Origin: a virus
Strand: one strand, 5' to 3'
Length of the DNA stretch: 64,000 nt
Virus record (IMG/VR): IMGVR_UViG_3300045988_131721
Coordinates: 1 to 64,000 of that record
A program made the translations under genes and the position numbers. Shown piece after piece: positions 34,452-43,581 of the stretch. The notes under the pieces were generated by a model. It worked only from the letters and a program-made list of their open reading frames with translations, ran no database searches and was not told the DNA's origin. How positions within the stretch are numbered: position 1 is the first letter of the stretch; each line of letters starts with the position of its first letter.

Positions 34452-35333
34452 ATGAAAGGATATAAAGTATTTAATTCAGATTGGACTTGCAGAGGTTTCC
34501 AATATAAAGTAGGAGAAACATATAAATATGAAGGAAAAATAAGTATATGTGAAACAGGATTCCATTTTTGTAAAAAACTAATTGATTGTTTTAATTATTA
34601 CACTTTTGACCCAGAAAACAAAGTAGCTATAATAGAAGCTACTGGTGAAGTTAAAGAAAGTAATTATTCAAATAATAAATGTGTAACAAATGAAATAAAA
34701 ATAATAAGAGAATTAAACTGGCATGAAGTATTAGATATGGTTAATTTTAATAAAGGTAACACAGGTATTAAAAACACAGGTAGTTATAATTCTGGTAATT
34801 ACAATACTGGTATTAAAAACACAGGCGATTATAATTCTGGAGATTATAATACTGGTGACTTTAATTCTGGTGATTACAATACTGGTAAATTTAATTCTGG
34901 TAGATTTAATACTGGTAAGTTCAATGCAGGAAATTATAACAGAGGCAGTTTTAACATTGGAGATTGTAATTTAGGCAATAAAAAAGCAGGATGCTTTTGT
35001 ACTGATGATAAATATGAAACAATTAAATTATTTAATAAAGAGAGTGATTGGACATTAAACACATGGAAGGATAGTCATGCATTCAGAATAATGAATAATT
35101 ATTTTGAATTAACTTTATGGATTAATGAATATAAAATGACAGATGAAGAAAAAGAAAAACATCCAGATTATAAAGTTGCTAGAGGTTATTTAAAAGAATT
35201 AAGTTATGCAGAGGCATGGAAAAATATGTGGAATCATATAAATGATAAAGAAAAAGAGGTATTTACTTTATTACCTAACTTCGATAAAGATATCTTTAAA
35301 GAAATAACTGGAATAGATATAGAAGAAAATTAA
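34452..35333 (+). CDS. Repeat protein: GFHFC-motif N-domain plus G-x-Y/F-N-S/T-G pentapeptide-like repeats
   Basis: About 12 repeats (NTGSYNSGNYNTGIKNTGDYNSGDYNTGDFNSGDYNTGKFNSGRFNTGKFNAGNYNRGSFN). The N-domain is related to the C-domain of 28841-29617. Confidence 0.7.
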   Translation: MKGYKVFNSDWTCRGFQYKVGETYKYEGKISICETGFHFCKKLIDCFNYYTFDPENKVAIIEATGEVKESNYSNNKCVTNEIKIIRELNWHEVLDMVNFNKGNTGIKNTGSYNSGNYNTGIKNTGDYNSGDYNTGDFNSGDYNTGKFNSGRFNTGKFNAGNYNRGSFNIGDCNLGNKKAGCFCTDDKYETIKLFNKESDWTLNTWKDSHAFRIMNNYFELTLWINEYKMTDEEKEKHPDYKVARGYLKELSYAEAWKNMWNHINDKEKEVFTLLPNFDKDIFKEITGIDIEEN

Positions 35334-35417
35334 AGGATTAAGAAAAGTTAATAAAAATAATTAATAAAAAGTATTGACAATATAAATAAAAGTAAAAACG
35401 AAATATTCACAAATAAA

Positions 35418-35882
35418 TTGGAAGAGTTGATATTGGAGGAAGTAAAGGAAAAAGTTGAAAAATTAAAAGGACTTGATGTATTAGAGGTTACTTTGAAATT
35501 AACATCTGAAAAACTATATGAATATATAGATACGAATATAGGAGATGCTAAACATTTTACATTATTAGCTAAGTTAGATGGAAATTATAATATATCAATA
35601 CTGTATTATTACAAAAATAAGATTATACAAGCAGTGACTACAGAAAAAAATACTGGAGCAATTGACATTTATACTCTATTAAGAATATGTCTCTTACAAA
35701 ATACTAATACACCTTCAGTTGAATTTACAATTCATAAATGTGAACTTCATGGAAAAGAGACATTAGACCCATCTGAACTTTCTGAATTGAACAGCTTATT
35801 AAGTTGCGAACACGAATCTTGCGAATCATGTGATTATTATGATATTGAAGAAGTTAATTTATTAGATGATAAAAATAATTAA
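35418..35882 (+). CDS. Hypothetical protein (uncertain TTG start, no clear SD)
   Basis: The upstream promoter copy has lost its -10 and SD relative to the sister copy at 29633-29700. Ends ...DKNN in the 15-mer. Confidence 0.45.
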   Translation: MEELILEEVKEKVEKLKGLDVLEVTLKLTSEKLYEYIDTNIGDAKHFTLLAKLDGNYNISILYYYKNKIIQAVTTEKNTGAIDIYTLLRICLLQNTNTPSVEFTIHKCELHGKETLDPSELSELNSLLSCEHESCESCDYYDIEEVNLLDDKNN

Positions 35883-35947
35883 TAAGGGTTATTTTTAATT
35901 AGTTTATGTTAATATATAAGTATAAATTAATAAAGGAGGAATATAAT

Positions 35948-36304
35948 ATGAATAAATATTTAATTGAAATGGCAGACGGAGGTATAATAGATATATGCGA
36001 CGATATAGAATGCGATGATTACGGTTGTCCTACTTGTGGATTTAATGGACACTATACAAATCATATGAAAATAACATTAGAAAAGAATATTTTAGAAATA
36101 GAATTTGGAGGAATGTATACATTTGATATACCAGATTACTTGGATATAATGAAGATATTTACTCAAAATAATGACAATATCAAAAATATGACAGAAGAAG
36201 AGTTTATAGACTTTCTTAAAGAAGAGTTAGATAATTTAACTTGTTATGAAGTAGAAATGAGTAGAAAAGAAAAAATATATAAAAAAGATAAAGAAATATG
36301 GTAA
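35948..36304 (+). CDS. Hypothetical protein with a C..C zinc-ribbon-like motif
   Basis: Start moved to the ATG after SD aaaggagg. Confidence 0.6.
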   Translation: MNKYLIEMADGGIIDICDDIECDDYGCPTCGFNGHYTNHMKITLEKNILEIEFGGMYTFDIPDYLDIMKIFTQNNDNIKNMTEEEFIDFLKEELDNLTCYEVEMSRKEKIYKKDKEIW

Positions 36305-36333
36305 TGTATAAGTATAAATAAAGAGGTATAAAT

Positions 36334-36558
36334 ATGAATAAAGCTATTGATTATTTAAAGAGAGAGCTTGAGGTTGAATTAATAGAAGATGGATTTTTCT
36401 ATTCGATATTTGAAAGTGATAAATATAGAGTGAAACTTATATTTAGAGATAGAACATTCAAAAGGGATGGTTATCAAATACACATAAATGATTATTTTGT
36501 TAAATTTACTAAATGGAGTGATTTATACGGAATTGTTGATTTATTTAAAAATAATTAA
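36334..36558 (+). CDS. Hypothetical protein
   Basis: 74 aa. Ends FKNN with its stop inside the 15-mer at 36548-36562. Confidence 0.6.
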   Translation: MNKAIDYLKRELEVELIEDGFFYSIFESDKYRVKLIFRDRTFKRDGYQIHINDYFVKFTKWSDLYGIVDLFKNN

Positions 36559-36562
36559 TAAA
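36548..36562 (+). repeat. 15-mer junction motif followed directly by an SD (no promoter)
   Basis: Reads aaaataattaataaa ggagg aattatt ATG. Confidence 0.95.
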
Positions 36563-36574
36563 GGAGGAATTATT

Positions 36575-37282
36575 ATGGATGAAGTTTACAAACCAACAAT
36601 TAAGAAATTTTTAGGGAAAGAAGTGAGAGTGATTACGGTTGGATTAAAACAATATATAATTTTAAAAGATATGTTTGATGTTTTAGGTAGAGTTAAAGCT
36701 GATGGTACTTGGACTAATGAGAAAAATAAATTATTAACCTTCTTAAATGAATTAAATAAAATAGAGTACCACCAAACTTTAGTGGCACAATTAAAACAAG
36801 GTAAATCAAAAGTAGAAAAAGAGGTAGATTGTTTATTAATAGATGCTACACCATTGATATTAACTCAATTTAAACCTACAGCTAGAAAAGGAGAGCAAGC
36901 GTTAAATGAATGGATAGAATTTATGAAATGGGTAGATAACTTACTTAGAGAACATGAGGCTTATAAAGTTATATTAAAAGACAAAGAAGAACAAAAATCA
37001 ATATCTAAGGCGATAAGTGAAGAAACAAATGGGAAAATGGTTGTTATAAATACTCAAATAAGCATAATAATGGCAAAATTAATCGGAGTATACGAACAAG
37101 GAATAAAGAAAATAAATAAAGACGAATTAAAAATATATCAACCTCAAGTAACTATAGATTTGATAGAAGTTAGACAAGAGGCATTAAAAATATTTGAACA
37201 ACAATATCTAGTATTAGAAGATTATAAACAAGCTAGTGATTTTACTGTTGCTTATATGAAAAAGAAATATCATTTAGATTAA
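36575..37282 (+). CDS. Bro-N domain protein
   Basis: Start moved to MDEVYK. FLGKEVRVITVGLKQYIILKDMFDVLGR fits the Bro-N pattern. Confidence 0.6.
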   Translation: MDEVYKPTIKKFLGKEVRVITVGLKQYIILKDMFDVLGRVKADGTWTNEKNKLLTFLNELNKIEYHQTLVAQLKQGKSKVEKEVDCLLIDATPLILTQFKPTARKGEQALNEWIEFMKWVDNLLREHEAYKVILKDKEEQKSISKAISEETNGKMVVINTQISIIMAKLIGVYEQGIKKINKDELKIYQPQVTIDLIEVRQEALKIFEQQYLVLEDYKQASDFTVAYMKKKYHLD

Positions 37283-37301
37283 AAATAATTAATAAAATAC
37301 A

Positions 37302-37329
37302 TTGACAAATAATTTAGTTATGATATAAT
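37302..37329 (+). promoter_or_regulatory. Sigma-A-type promoter after a 15-mer copy
   Basis: TTGACA at 37302-37307 and TGaTATAAT ending at 37329. Confidence 0.65.
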
Positions 37330-37352
37330 TATTAGTATAAGGAGGAATAAAT

Positions 37353-37424
37353 ATGAGTGGTATAGCAATATTACTAATAGTAATATTGCTTTTAACGATT
37401 ATAGATTGTATGTTGAGAGGATAG
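37353..37424 (+). CDS. 23 aa hydrophobic peptide
   Basis: SD aaggagg. MSGIAILLIVILLLTIIDCMLRG. Confidence 0.4.
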   Translation: MSGIAILLIVILLLTIIDCMLRG

Positions 37425-37436
37425 GAGGATTAAAAT

Positions 37437-37901
37437 ATGAATAAAATTAATGAATATCTTGATATGAAAATCAATAGAGAATTCTATAAAGGAAATTTTT
37501 ATGAAGATTTAATTTTAGATTTGGCTTACACAGTTAAACGTCCATATGCTAGTATAAGAGTTTTAACGAATGACCTTAATAGATTGATAAAAAATGCATA
37601 TCATAATATAAAAAATGAAAAAATTATAAAAATAAAATTTAAAAAATACGGAGATAGAATATATATTACTTATAATGTTTTACTTAATAACGAAGAAAAG
37701 AAAATTGTACTAACTGGAATTAATATAGAGAAAGATAATAATTGGAAACACGAAAGAGGAAATAGAGATGATTCATGGGTTATTGACTTAGATAAGAAAG
37801 GGGATATAGAGAATATAAAAGACGAAGATTTTTATAGAGAGTTTGTAAAGATAGGACTACATAGCGACAATAAAGCAAAGTATTCTTTTTTATATAATTA
37901 A
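37437..37901 (+). CDS. Hypothetical protein
   Basis: 154 aa. SD taggagg. Confidence 0.65.
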   Translation: MNKINEYLDMKINREFYKGNFYEDLILDLAYTVKRPYASIRVLTNDLNRLIKNAYHNIKNEKIIKIKFKKYGDRIYITYNVLLNNEEKKIVLTGINIEKDNNWKHERGNRDDSWVIDLDKKGDIENIKDEDFYREFVKIGLHSDNKAKYSFLYN

Positions 37902-37915
37902 GGAGGTATATTAAT

Positions 37916-38485
37916 ATGAATAAAAATGATTTAAAAAATGGAATGTTTTTTGAAATGAGAAATAAAAGTAGATTTCTAATATTAAATAATGAAATATATC
38001 TTGAGGGTATAAATCTTTATGAATATTCCTCAAATTTGCATTATTTTTTAGTAAGTTATAACGATGACATGTGCAGTATGAATGACAATGAATATGACAT
38101 AATGATTGTAAAAGATGTCGACGATAATGTTATATGGGAAAGAAGAGAAATAGATTGGAGCAAAATATCTGTTGACACTAAAGTATTAGTTAGAAATTCT
38201 AAATACGGAGAATGGCATAGAAGATATTTTGCTAAATATAAAGATGGATGTGTATATTGTTTTGATAACGGAGCAAATTCATGGAATAGTAATGAAATAT
38301 CACTTTGGAAATATTGTAAACTAGCAGAAGAACCTAGCGACAAAGTGACTATAGAAGAATTAGATAATCAATTTAAAAAGAGTTGTGGAAGACAAAATTG
38401 TTGTAATTGTGATTATGAATCTATAGATAGAGAGTGTGAGTTTCTATGGTTAATGGATAATTATAATGTAACTAGAAAGGAATAA
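37916..38485 (+). CDS. Hypothetical protein (N-domain paralogous to 29901-30320, Cys-rich C-terminus)
   Basis: 189 aa. SD aaggagg. Confidence 0.65.
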   Translation: MNKNDLKNGMFFEMRNKSRFLILNNEIYLEGINLYEYSSNLHYFLVSYNDDMCSMNDNEYDIMIVKDVDDNVIWERREIDWSKISVDTKVLVRNSKYGEWHRRYFAKYKDGCVYCFDNGANSWNSNEISLWKYCKLAEEPSDKVTIEELDNQFKKSCGRQNCCNCDYESIDRECEFLWLMDNYNVTRKE

Positions 38486-38488
38486 CAT

Positions 38489-38647
38489 ATGAAAATTAAA
38501 TGTAGTTTAGGGGAGTTTATAACATTTTATGACGAATCAGATAAAGAAATAATAACAATACAAAGTGACGATATTAAAAATACATTAAAAGATATTTTTA
38601 TCTTATTAGATTATTGTGATATAAAATATATTTATGAGGAGGATTAA
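38489..38647 (+). CDS. Hypothetical 52 aa protein
   Basis: Tightly packed between 38485 and the ligase start at 38651. Confidence 0.45.
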   Translation: MKIKCSLGEFITFYDESDKEIITIQSDDIKNTLKDIFILLDYCDIKYIYEED

Positions 38648-38650
38648 TAC

Positions 38651-39952
38651 ATGGGAGAATTATTTATTAAATTAGAAAAATTACAAAATATAAGTGGAAC
38701 AAACAAAAAAAAGAAATTCATAAAAGAAAATCGAGACGACCAATTATTCTTAGATACTTTAGATTTTTTATTAAATCCATATAAAATTACGAACATATCT
38801 AAGAAAAAAATTAATAAAAAAGTGCAAATTATAGATAATCAATTAAAAGACTTAAATGAATTTTACGATTATCTAATTGACAAATCGACAGGAAAAGATA
38901 AAGATATAGCAATTATACAAGCATTTATAAGAGAACATGAAGAATTTAGAGAGCAATTAGAAGAATTAGCTTGTAAAAGTATGAGATTAGGAGTACAAGG
39001 TAAATTAGTTAACCAAGCATTGGGATATGAGCTTATACCTTTATTTAGTCCAATGTTAGGTGATTCATACTTTAAAAATGAAAATAAAGTAAAGGGTAAA
39101 TTTATATTAACAACTAAGCTGGACGGCACAAGAATCTTATTATTGAAGGAAAATGGGAAGGTTAAAGCTATGTCACGACAAGGTCAAATTATAGAAGGAT
39201 TAGATGATATAATTCGAAATGTAGAAGAAATGAATTTCAATAATGGAGTGTTAGATGGTGAATTAATAGCTGAAGGTGATTTTATAGATAGTGCAGAAAT
39301 GTATAAAGAAACTATGAAACGCAGTAGAATTAAAGGTAGAAAAACGGGATTAAAAGTAATGGTATATGATTACATAAAAAATATAAATGATTTCCATCGA
39401 GGAGTAGATAATACTCCTTGTATAGAACGAAAATCAACCGTAGAAAATTTAATAAAACAATCAAATTGTAAACATATAGAATATTTAGAACCTTTGTATA
39501 TTGGTGACGATAAAGAAGAAATAATTGAACAATTAAAAATTGCTGAAAAAAATAATGATGAAGGAGTTATGCTAAACACTTATTATGGTAAATACGAATG
39601 TAAGAGAAGTAAAGAGTTATTAAAATGTAAATTATTTAAAGATGCAGATGTATTAGTAACTGATATATTAGAAGGGGAAGGTAGGCTTGAAGGCGTCTTA
39701 GGAAAAATAGAAATTAAATTTAAATACAAAGATAAAATTTATACTAATTACGTTGGGTCTGGGTTTGATGACGAAGAAAGAAGTTATTATTGGAAAAATA
39801 AAGATGAATTAATAGGTAAAGTAATAACTATAAATTATTTTGAAGTAACTAAAAACAAACAAGGTGACTATGGACTTAGATTTGGAACTTGGAAAGGAAA
39901 AGAATATATACGAAGTGATAAAACTGATATAGATGATACCAATATTGAATAG
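38651..39952 (+). CDS. ATP-dependent DNA ligase
   Basis: Adenylation motif I TTKLDGTR, motif IV DEGVMLN, motif V LLKCKLF. Confidence 0.85.
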   Translation: MGELFIKLEKLQNISGTNKKKKFIKENRDDQLFLDTLDFLLNPYKITNISKKKINKKVQIIDNQLKDLNEFYDYLIDKSTGKDKDIAIIQAFIREHEEFREQLEELACKSMRLGVQGKLVNQALGYELIPLFSPMLGDSYFKNENKVKGKFILTTKLDGTRILLLKENGKVKAMSRQGQIIEGLDDIIRNVEEMNFNNGVLDGELIAEGDFIDSAEMYKETMKRSRIKGRKTGLKVMVYDYIKNINDFHRGVDNTPCIERKSTVENLIKQSNCKHIEYLEPLYIGDDKEEIIEQLKIAEKNNDEGVMLNTYYGKYECKRSKELLKCKLFKDADVLVTDILEGEGRLEGVLGKIEIKFKYKDKIYTNYVGSGFDDEERSYYWKNKDELIGKVITINYFEVTKNKQGDYGLRFGTWKGKEYIRSDKTDIDDTNIE

Positions 39953-40008
39953 GGGATAAATATAGAAAATGGAACGATATAAATTATATAAAAGGGGTGT
40001 TGAATAGT

Positions 40009-40170
40009 ATGGATAAAAAACAAATAAGTACAACAGGTGCAAATGTATTAACAATAGGTGGAGTTGGAGCTATGCTAGCCATAGCTGGATTAAGTTTACC
40101 AGTTAGTGGTGTTATAATGGCATATACAATAGCAGGTTGCTATCATTTATCTAAAAAGGATGTTAAATAG
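40009..40170 (+). CDS. Small Gly/Ala-rich membrane peptide, 53 aa
   Basis: SD aaagggg. LTIGGVGAMLAIAGLSLPVSGVIMAYTIAG. Confidence 0.45.
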   Translation: MDKKQISTTGANVLTIGGVGAMLAIAGLSLPVSGVIMAYTIAGCYHLSKKDVK

Positions 40171-40251
40171 TTGTCATATAAAACTTATACTTAGACACCA
40201 AAACCTTTGTATGAGTTTTATATACAATAATTTTATACAGGAGGAGATTAG

Positions 40252-41040
40252 ATGTTTGAAAATGAAAGATATAAATTATATCGAGGGGATTGTTTAGAAA
40301 TAATGGATGAATTAATTAGTTTAGGTATAAAATTTGATGCTATAATCACAGACCCTCCTTACGGAAAATTAAATAAAAACAAAACAAAATGGGATAATCC
40401 AATTCCTTATAATAAAATGTGGGAAAGACTTGAAAAGTTAACAAAAGAAACCACACCTATAATATTATTTGGAGCTGAACCATTTAGTAGTGAATTGAGA
40501 TTGAGCAATATTAAAGATTTTAAGTATGATTGGATATGGGAAAAAAGTAATCCTTCAAATATAGGTAATGCCAATAGACAACCATTAAATTATCATGAAA
40601 TTATAAGTGTATTTTATAAAAAGCAATGTAAATACAATAAACAAATGATTCCTAGAAAAAGTAAAAGAATAGAACAGGCACATAAAACAGGTTATGTATT
40701 TCATAATTCAACGAGTGAACAAAACGCATTGGGATATATAGAAGTTAATAGTAGTAAATATAATGCTAATTTAAAAAATCCTAGTACAATATTAAAGTTT
40801 AACTCTTTAAGACCTAATAGCAAAGAATTTGTTAAACATCCTACTCAAAAGCCAGTAACATTGCTTGAGTATCTTGTAAAAACTTATACTGATAAAGGGG
40901 ATTTGGTATTAGACTTTACTATGGGTAGTGGAAGTACAGGTGTAGCCTGTATGAATTTAAATAGAAGATTCGTAGGTATAGAACTTGATGAAAACTATTT
41001 TAACATAGCTAAAAATAGAATAGAAAATATTTCATTATAA
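40252..41040 (+). CDS. DNA methyltransferase (N6-adenine/N4-cytosine type, beta class), orphan
   Basis: Catalytic DPPY (IITDPPYGK) precedes the AdoMet motif VLDFTMGSGSTG. No adjacent restriction gene was recognised. Confidence 0.85.
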   Translation: MFENERYKLYRGDCLEIMDELISLGIKFDAIITDPPYGKLNKNKTKWDNPIPYNKMWERLEKLTKETTPIILFGAEPFSSELRLSNIKDFKYDWIWEKSNPSNIGNANRQPLNYHEIISVFYKKQCKYNKQMIPRKSKRIEQAHKTGYVFHNSTSEQNALGYIEVNSSKYNANLKNPSTILKFNSLRPNSKEFVKHPTQKPVTLLEYLVKTYTDKGDLVLDFTMGSGSTGVACMNLNRRFVGIELDENYFNIAKNRIENISL

Positions 41041-41112
41041 TTTATTTATGCCATTTTAGAGTTTGTCGCAATTTAGTGATATTTTAATATATTTTTATTA
41101 GGAGGAGATATT

Positions 41113-41697
41113 ATGAAAAGATGTATTAAAATTACAGATAGTAATGAAGTGTGTGATAAAGATATAAAATCGGTAACATTCGTTTGTGAAAATTGTGAAG
41201 TTATTAAAATACCGATTGAAAATTTTACAAAATTAAATATATCAAAAGTAGATAATGAATATTATAATTTTGAATGTGTTATTAAGAAAATAGACAATAT
41301 TGAATATCGTTCACTTACAAATGACTTGAGTCCTTTTAATAGATTGTCTATGTCTGATGATATAGTGAGAATTGAATTAGAACTTATAGATGGCACAATA
41401 AAATTAATACGACCTGTTTGGGAAGGAACGGATTTTAATAATTATTGTCAAGAATCATGTTTATTAAAATTTAATAAAATAAAAATAAATATAAATGAAA
41501 AAGTTAAACAAGCTAAAATAAAAAGAAATATAGGAGAAAAAGCTATAAAAATATTAGATTACATTTACCAAGATACAGGTGTGAATTTTTGTAACGATTG
41601 TGTTTATCATGAGGACTGTAAAAAAATGAAACAAAATAAAGACATTGACGTATGTGATGTATTGTATTTTTTATCAAATTCATATGAAAATAATTAA
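41113..41697 (+). CDS. Hypothetical Cys-rich protein
   Basis: 194 aa. Ends SYENN in the 15-mer. Confidence 0.6.
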   Translation: MKRCIKITDSNEVCDKDIKSVTFVCENCEVIKIPIENFTKLNISKVDNEYYNFECVIKKIDNIEYRSLTNDLSPFNRLSMSDDIVRIELELIDGTIKLIRPVWEGTDFNNYCQESCLLKFNKIKININEKVKQAKIKRNIGEKAIKILDYIYQDTGVNFCNDCVYHEDCKKMKQNKDIDVCDVLYFLSNSYENN

Positions 41698-41706
41698 TAA
41701 AATGCA

Positions 41707-41734
41707 TTGACAAATAACATAGCTGTGATATACT
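41707..41734 (+). promoter_or_regulatory. Sigma-A-type promoter driving only a 5-codon ORF before the next class-2 box
   Basis: TTGACA at 41707-41712 and TGaTATACT ending at 41734, followed by aaggagg and ATG AAA TAT AAA TTT TAA. Confidence 0.55.
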
Positions 41735-41776
41735 TATTTGTATAAGGAGGAGATAATATGAAATATAAATTTTAAA

Positions 41777-41809
41777 TCATAGGTAATTTTAACAACAGTT
41801 TTGATAATA
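41777..41809 (+). promoter_or_regulatory. Class-2 promoter-like box (GATAATA variant)
   Basis: Reads TCATAGGTAATTTTa acaacagtttt GaTAATA, followed by aggtgattaaa ATG TAA (41832-41837). Confidence 0.55.
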
Positions 41810-41897
41810 CTATAATAAGAAGGTGATTAAAATGTAAACTTATTGAAATACCTCGACAAAAATAGTAAGGGATTAAAAATAATTAATAAAAGGGAGA

Positions 41898-42734
41898 GTG
41901 AGAAATATGAGTAATATAATTGATATAAATAAAGGAAAGAAAGTTGAAACAATTCCCAGTTATGAAGTAGCTAAGATGATGGGAAAAGAACATAAGGAAA
42001 TAATGTGGATGATAGAAGGAAATGAAAAACGTGGGATAGTTGGTATAAAACCGACTATAGAGATAAGTGCAGAATTGCACCTATCTGATTACTTTATAAA
42101 ATCAAGTTACAAAGATAGTATGAATAGAGAAAAATCTTCTTATGAATGTACTAAAATGGGTTGTGAAATGTTAGCAAACAAAATGACAGGTGAAAAAGGT
42201 ATAATATTTACAGCAAAATATGTAAAAAGATTTAATGAGATGGAATCAGCACAAATGCAAACAATAGACACAACAGAATTATCACCTAATCTTCAGTCAT
42301 TCAAAATGTTATTTGATAGTATGGTTGAACAAGAATTAAAACAGAAACAAATGGAAAAAGATATAAAAGGACTTCAAAATTCATTGGATAATATACAAGA
42401 CTTAATATCATTGTCGAAAGATAATTGGAGAGCAGATGTGAAAAATATGGTAAATAAGATAACATATAAAACTGGTATAAATCATAAGGTTGTATATGAT
42501 GAAATATATAAAGAAATAGATAGTAGATTTGGAGTAAATTTAAATACTAGATTAAAAAATAGAAAAAATAATGCTATTAAAAATGGTGTAAGTAAAACAA
42601 AAGCAGATAAAATAAATAAATTAGACATAATAAACGAAGACAAGTTGTTAATTGAGGCAATATTAATCGTAATAAAAGATTTAGCGATTAAATACGGTTT
42701 ATATGAAGAAAATAATTTAATAATAAATATGTAA
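41898..42734 (+). CDS. Rha-family phage regulatory protein
   Basis: IPSYEVAKMMGKEHKEIMWMIEG fits the Rha N-terminal pattern. Confidence 0.65.
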   Translation: MRNMSNIIDINKGKKVETIPSYEVAKMMGKEHKEIMWMIEGNEKRGIVGIKPTIEISAELHLSDYFIKSSYKDSMNREKSSYECTKMGCEMLANKMTGEKGIIFTAKYVKRFNEMESAQMQTIDTTELSPNLQSFKMLFDSMVEQELKQKQMEKDIKGLQNSLDNIQDLISLSKDNWRADVKNMVNKITYKTGINHKVVYDEIYKEIDSRFGVNLNTRLKNRKNNAIKNGVSKTKADKINKLDIINEDKLLIEAILIVIKDLAIKYGLYEENNLIINM

Positions 42735-42821
42735 TTAAAAATAATTAATAAAGGGGTTGATTGAAATGGGGTAAAAATAGATAGGATTGGTGAAACAGGA
42801 GTTAATACATTTGGAAGTAAA

Positions 42822-43544
42822 ATGGTGATAATAAGATATAGGACAAATAAAGATATGGATGTTTATTTTCCAAAATATAATTGGACTTTTTATAATACAA
42901 ATTATATTACTTTTAAAAAAGGTGAAATATTTTGCCCATATGAAAGAAGGTTTTGTAGAGTAGGTTATTTAGGAGAAGGAAAATATAAAATGAGTGAAAA
43001 AGGTAAACATACGAGAACTGGGTCTGTTTGGATGAGTATGTTAAATAGATGTTATAATGAAAAACTTCATATAAAACATCCAAGTTATAAAAAATGTCAT
43101 GTTAGTGAAGAATTTCATAATTTTCAAAACTTTGGTGATTGGGATAATGATAACTATTATGAAATTGAAGGTGAAAGAATGCATTTAGATAAAGATATAT
43201 TAATAAAGCATAACAAAATTTATTCACCAGAAACTTGTATATATGTACCACAAACTATAAATGGTTTATTTACCAAACGTGATAAAGGTAGAGGTGAGTC
43301 GTGTATCGGTACAAGTCCTCTTAAAAATGGTAAATATCAAGTGAACTGTTGTTTACTTAATCCAGAAACTGGTAAGTCTAAAAATGAATATTTGGGATTA
43401 TATGAAACGCAAGAAAAAGGATTTGAGATTTATAAATATTATAAAGAGAGAAATATTAAACAAGTTGCTGATTATTACAAAAATATAATTCCACAGGAAT
43501 TATATCAAGCTATGTATTTTTATGAAGTAGAAATTGATGATTAA
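42822..43544 (+). CDS. Homing-endonuclease-like protein, family A copy 2, with a frame-disrupted 5' end
   Basis: Homology to the other copies (KIDRIGETGVNTFGSKM) extends upstream to 42765 without an in-frame start. The SD-led ATG at 42766 is out of frame (ATG GGG TAA). Confidence 0.55.
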   Translation: MVIIRYRTNKDMDVYFPKYNWTFYNTNYITFKKGEIFCPYERRFCRVGYLGEGKYKMSEKGKHTRTGSVWMSMLNRCYNEKLHIKHPSYKKCHVSEEFHNFQNFGDWDNDNYYEIEGERMHLDKDILIKHNKIYSPETCIYVPQTINGLFTKRDKGRGESCIGTSPLKNGKYQVNCCLLNPETGKSKNEYLGLYETQEKGFEIYKYYKERNIKQVADYYKNIIPQELYQAMYFYEVEIDD

Positions 43545-43581
43545 TAAGAAAATAATTAATAAACTTAGGAGGGTGTGTATT

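Noticed and set aside
40009-40170. Double-glycine-leader bacteriocin precursor (…LTIGG/VGAML…)
   Set aside because: The residues before GG do not fit the leader consensus (no LSxxEL), and no transporter or immunity genes are nearby. It is treated as a small membrane peptide only.
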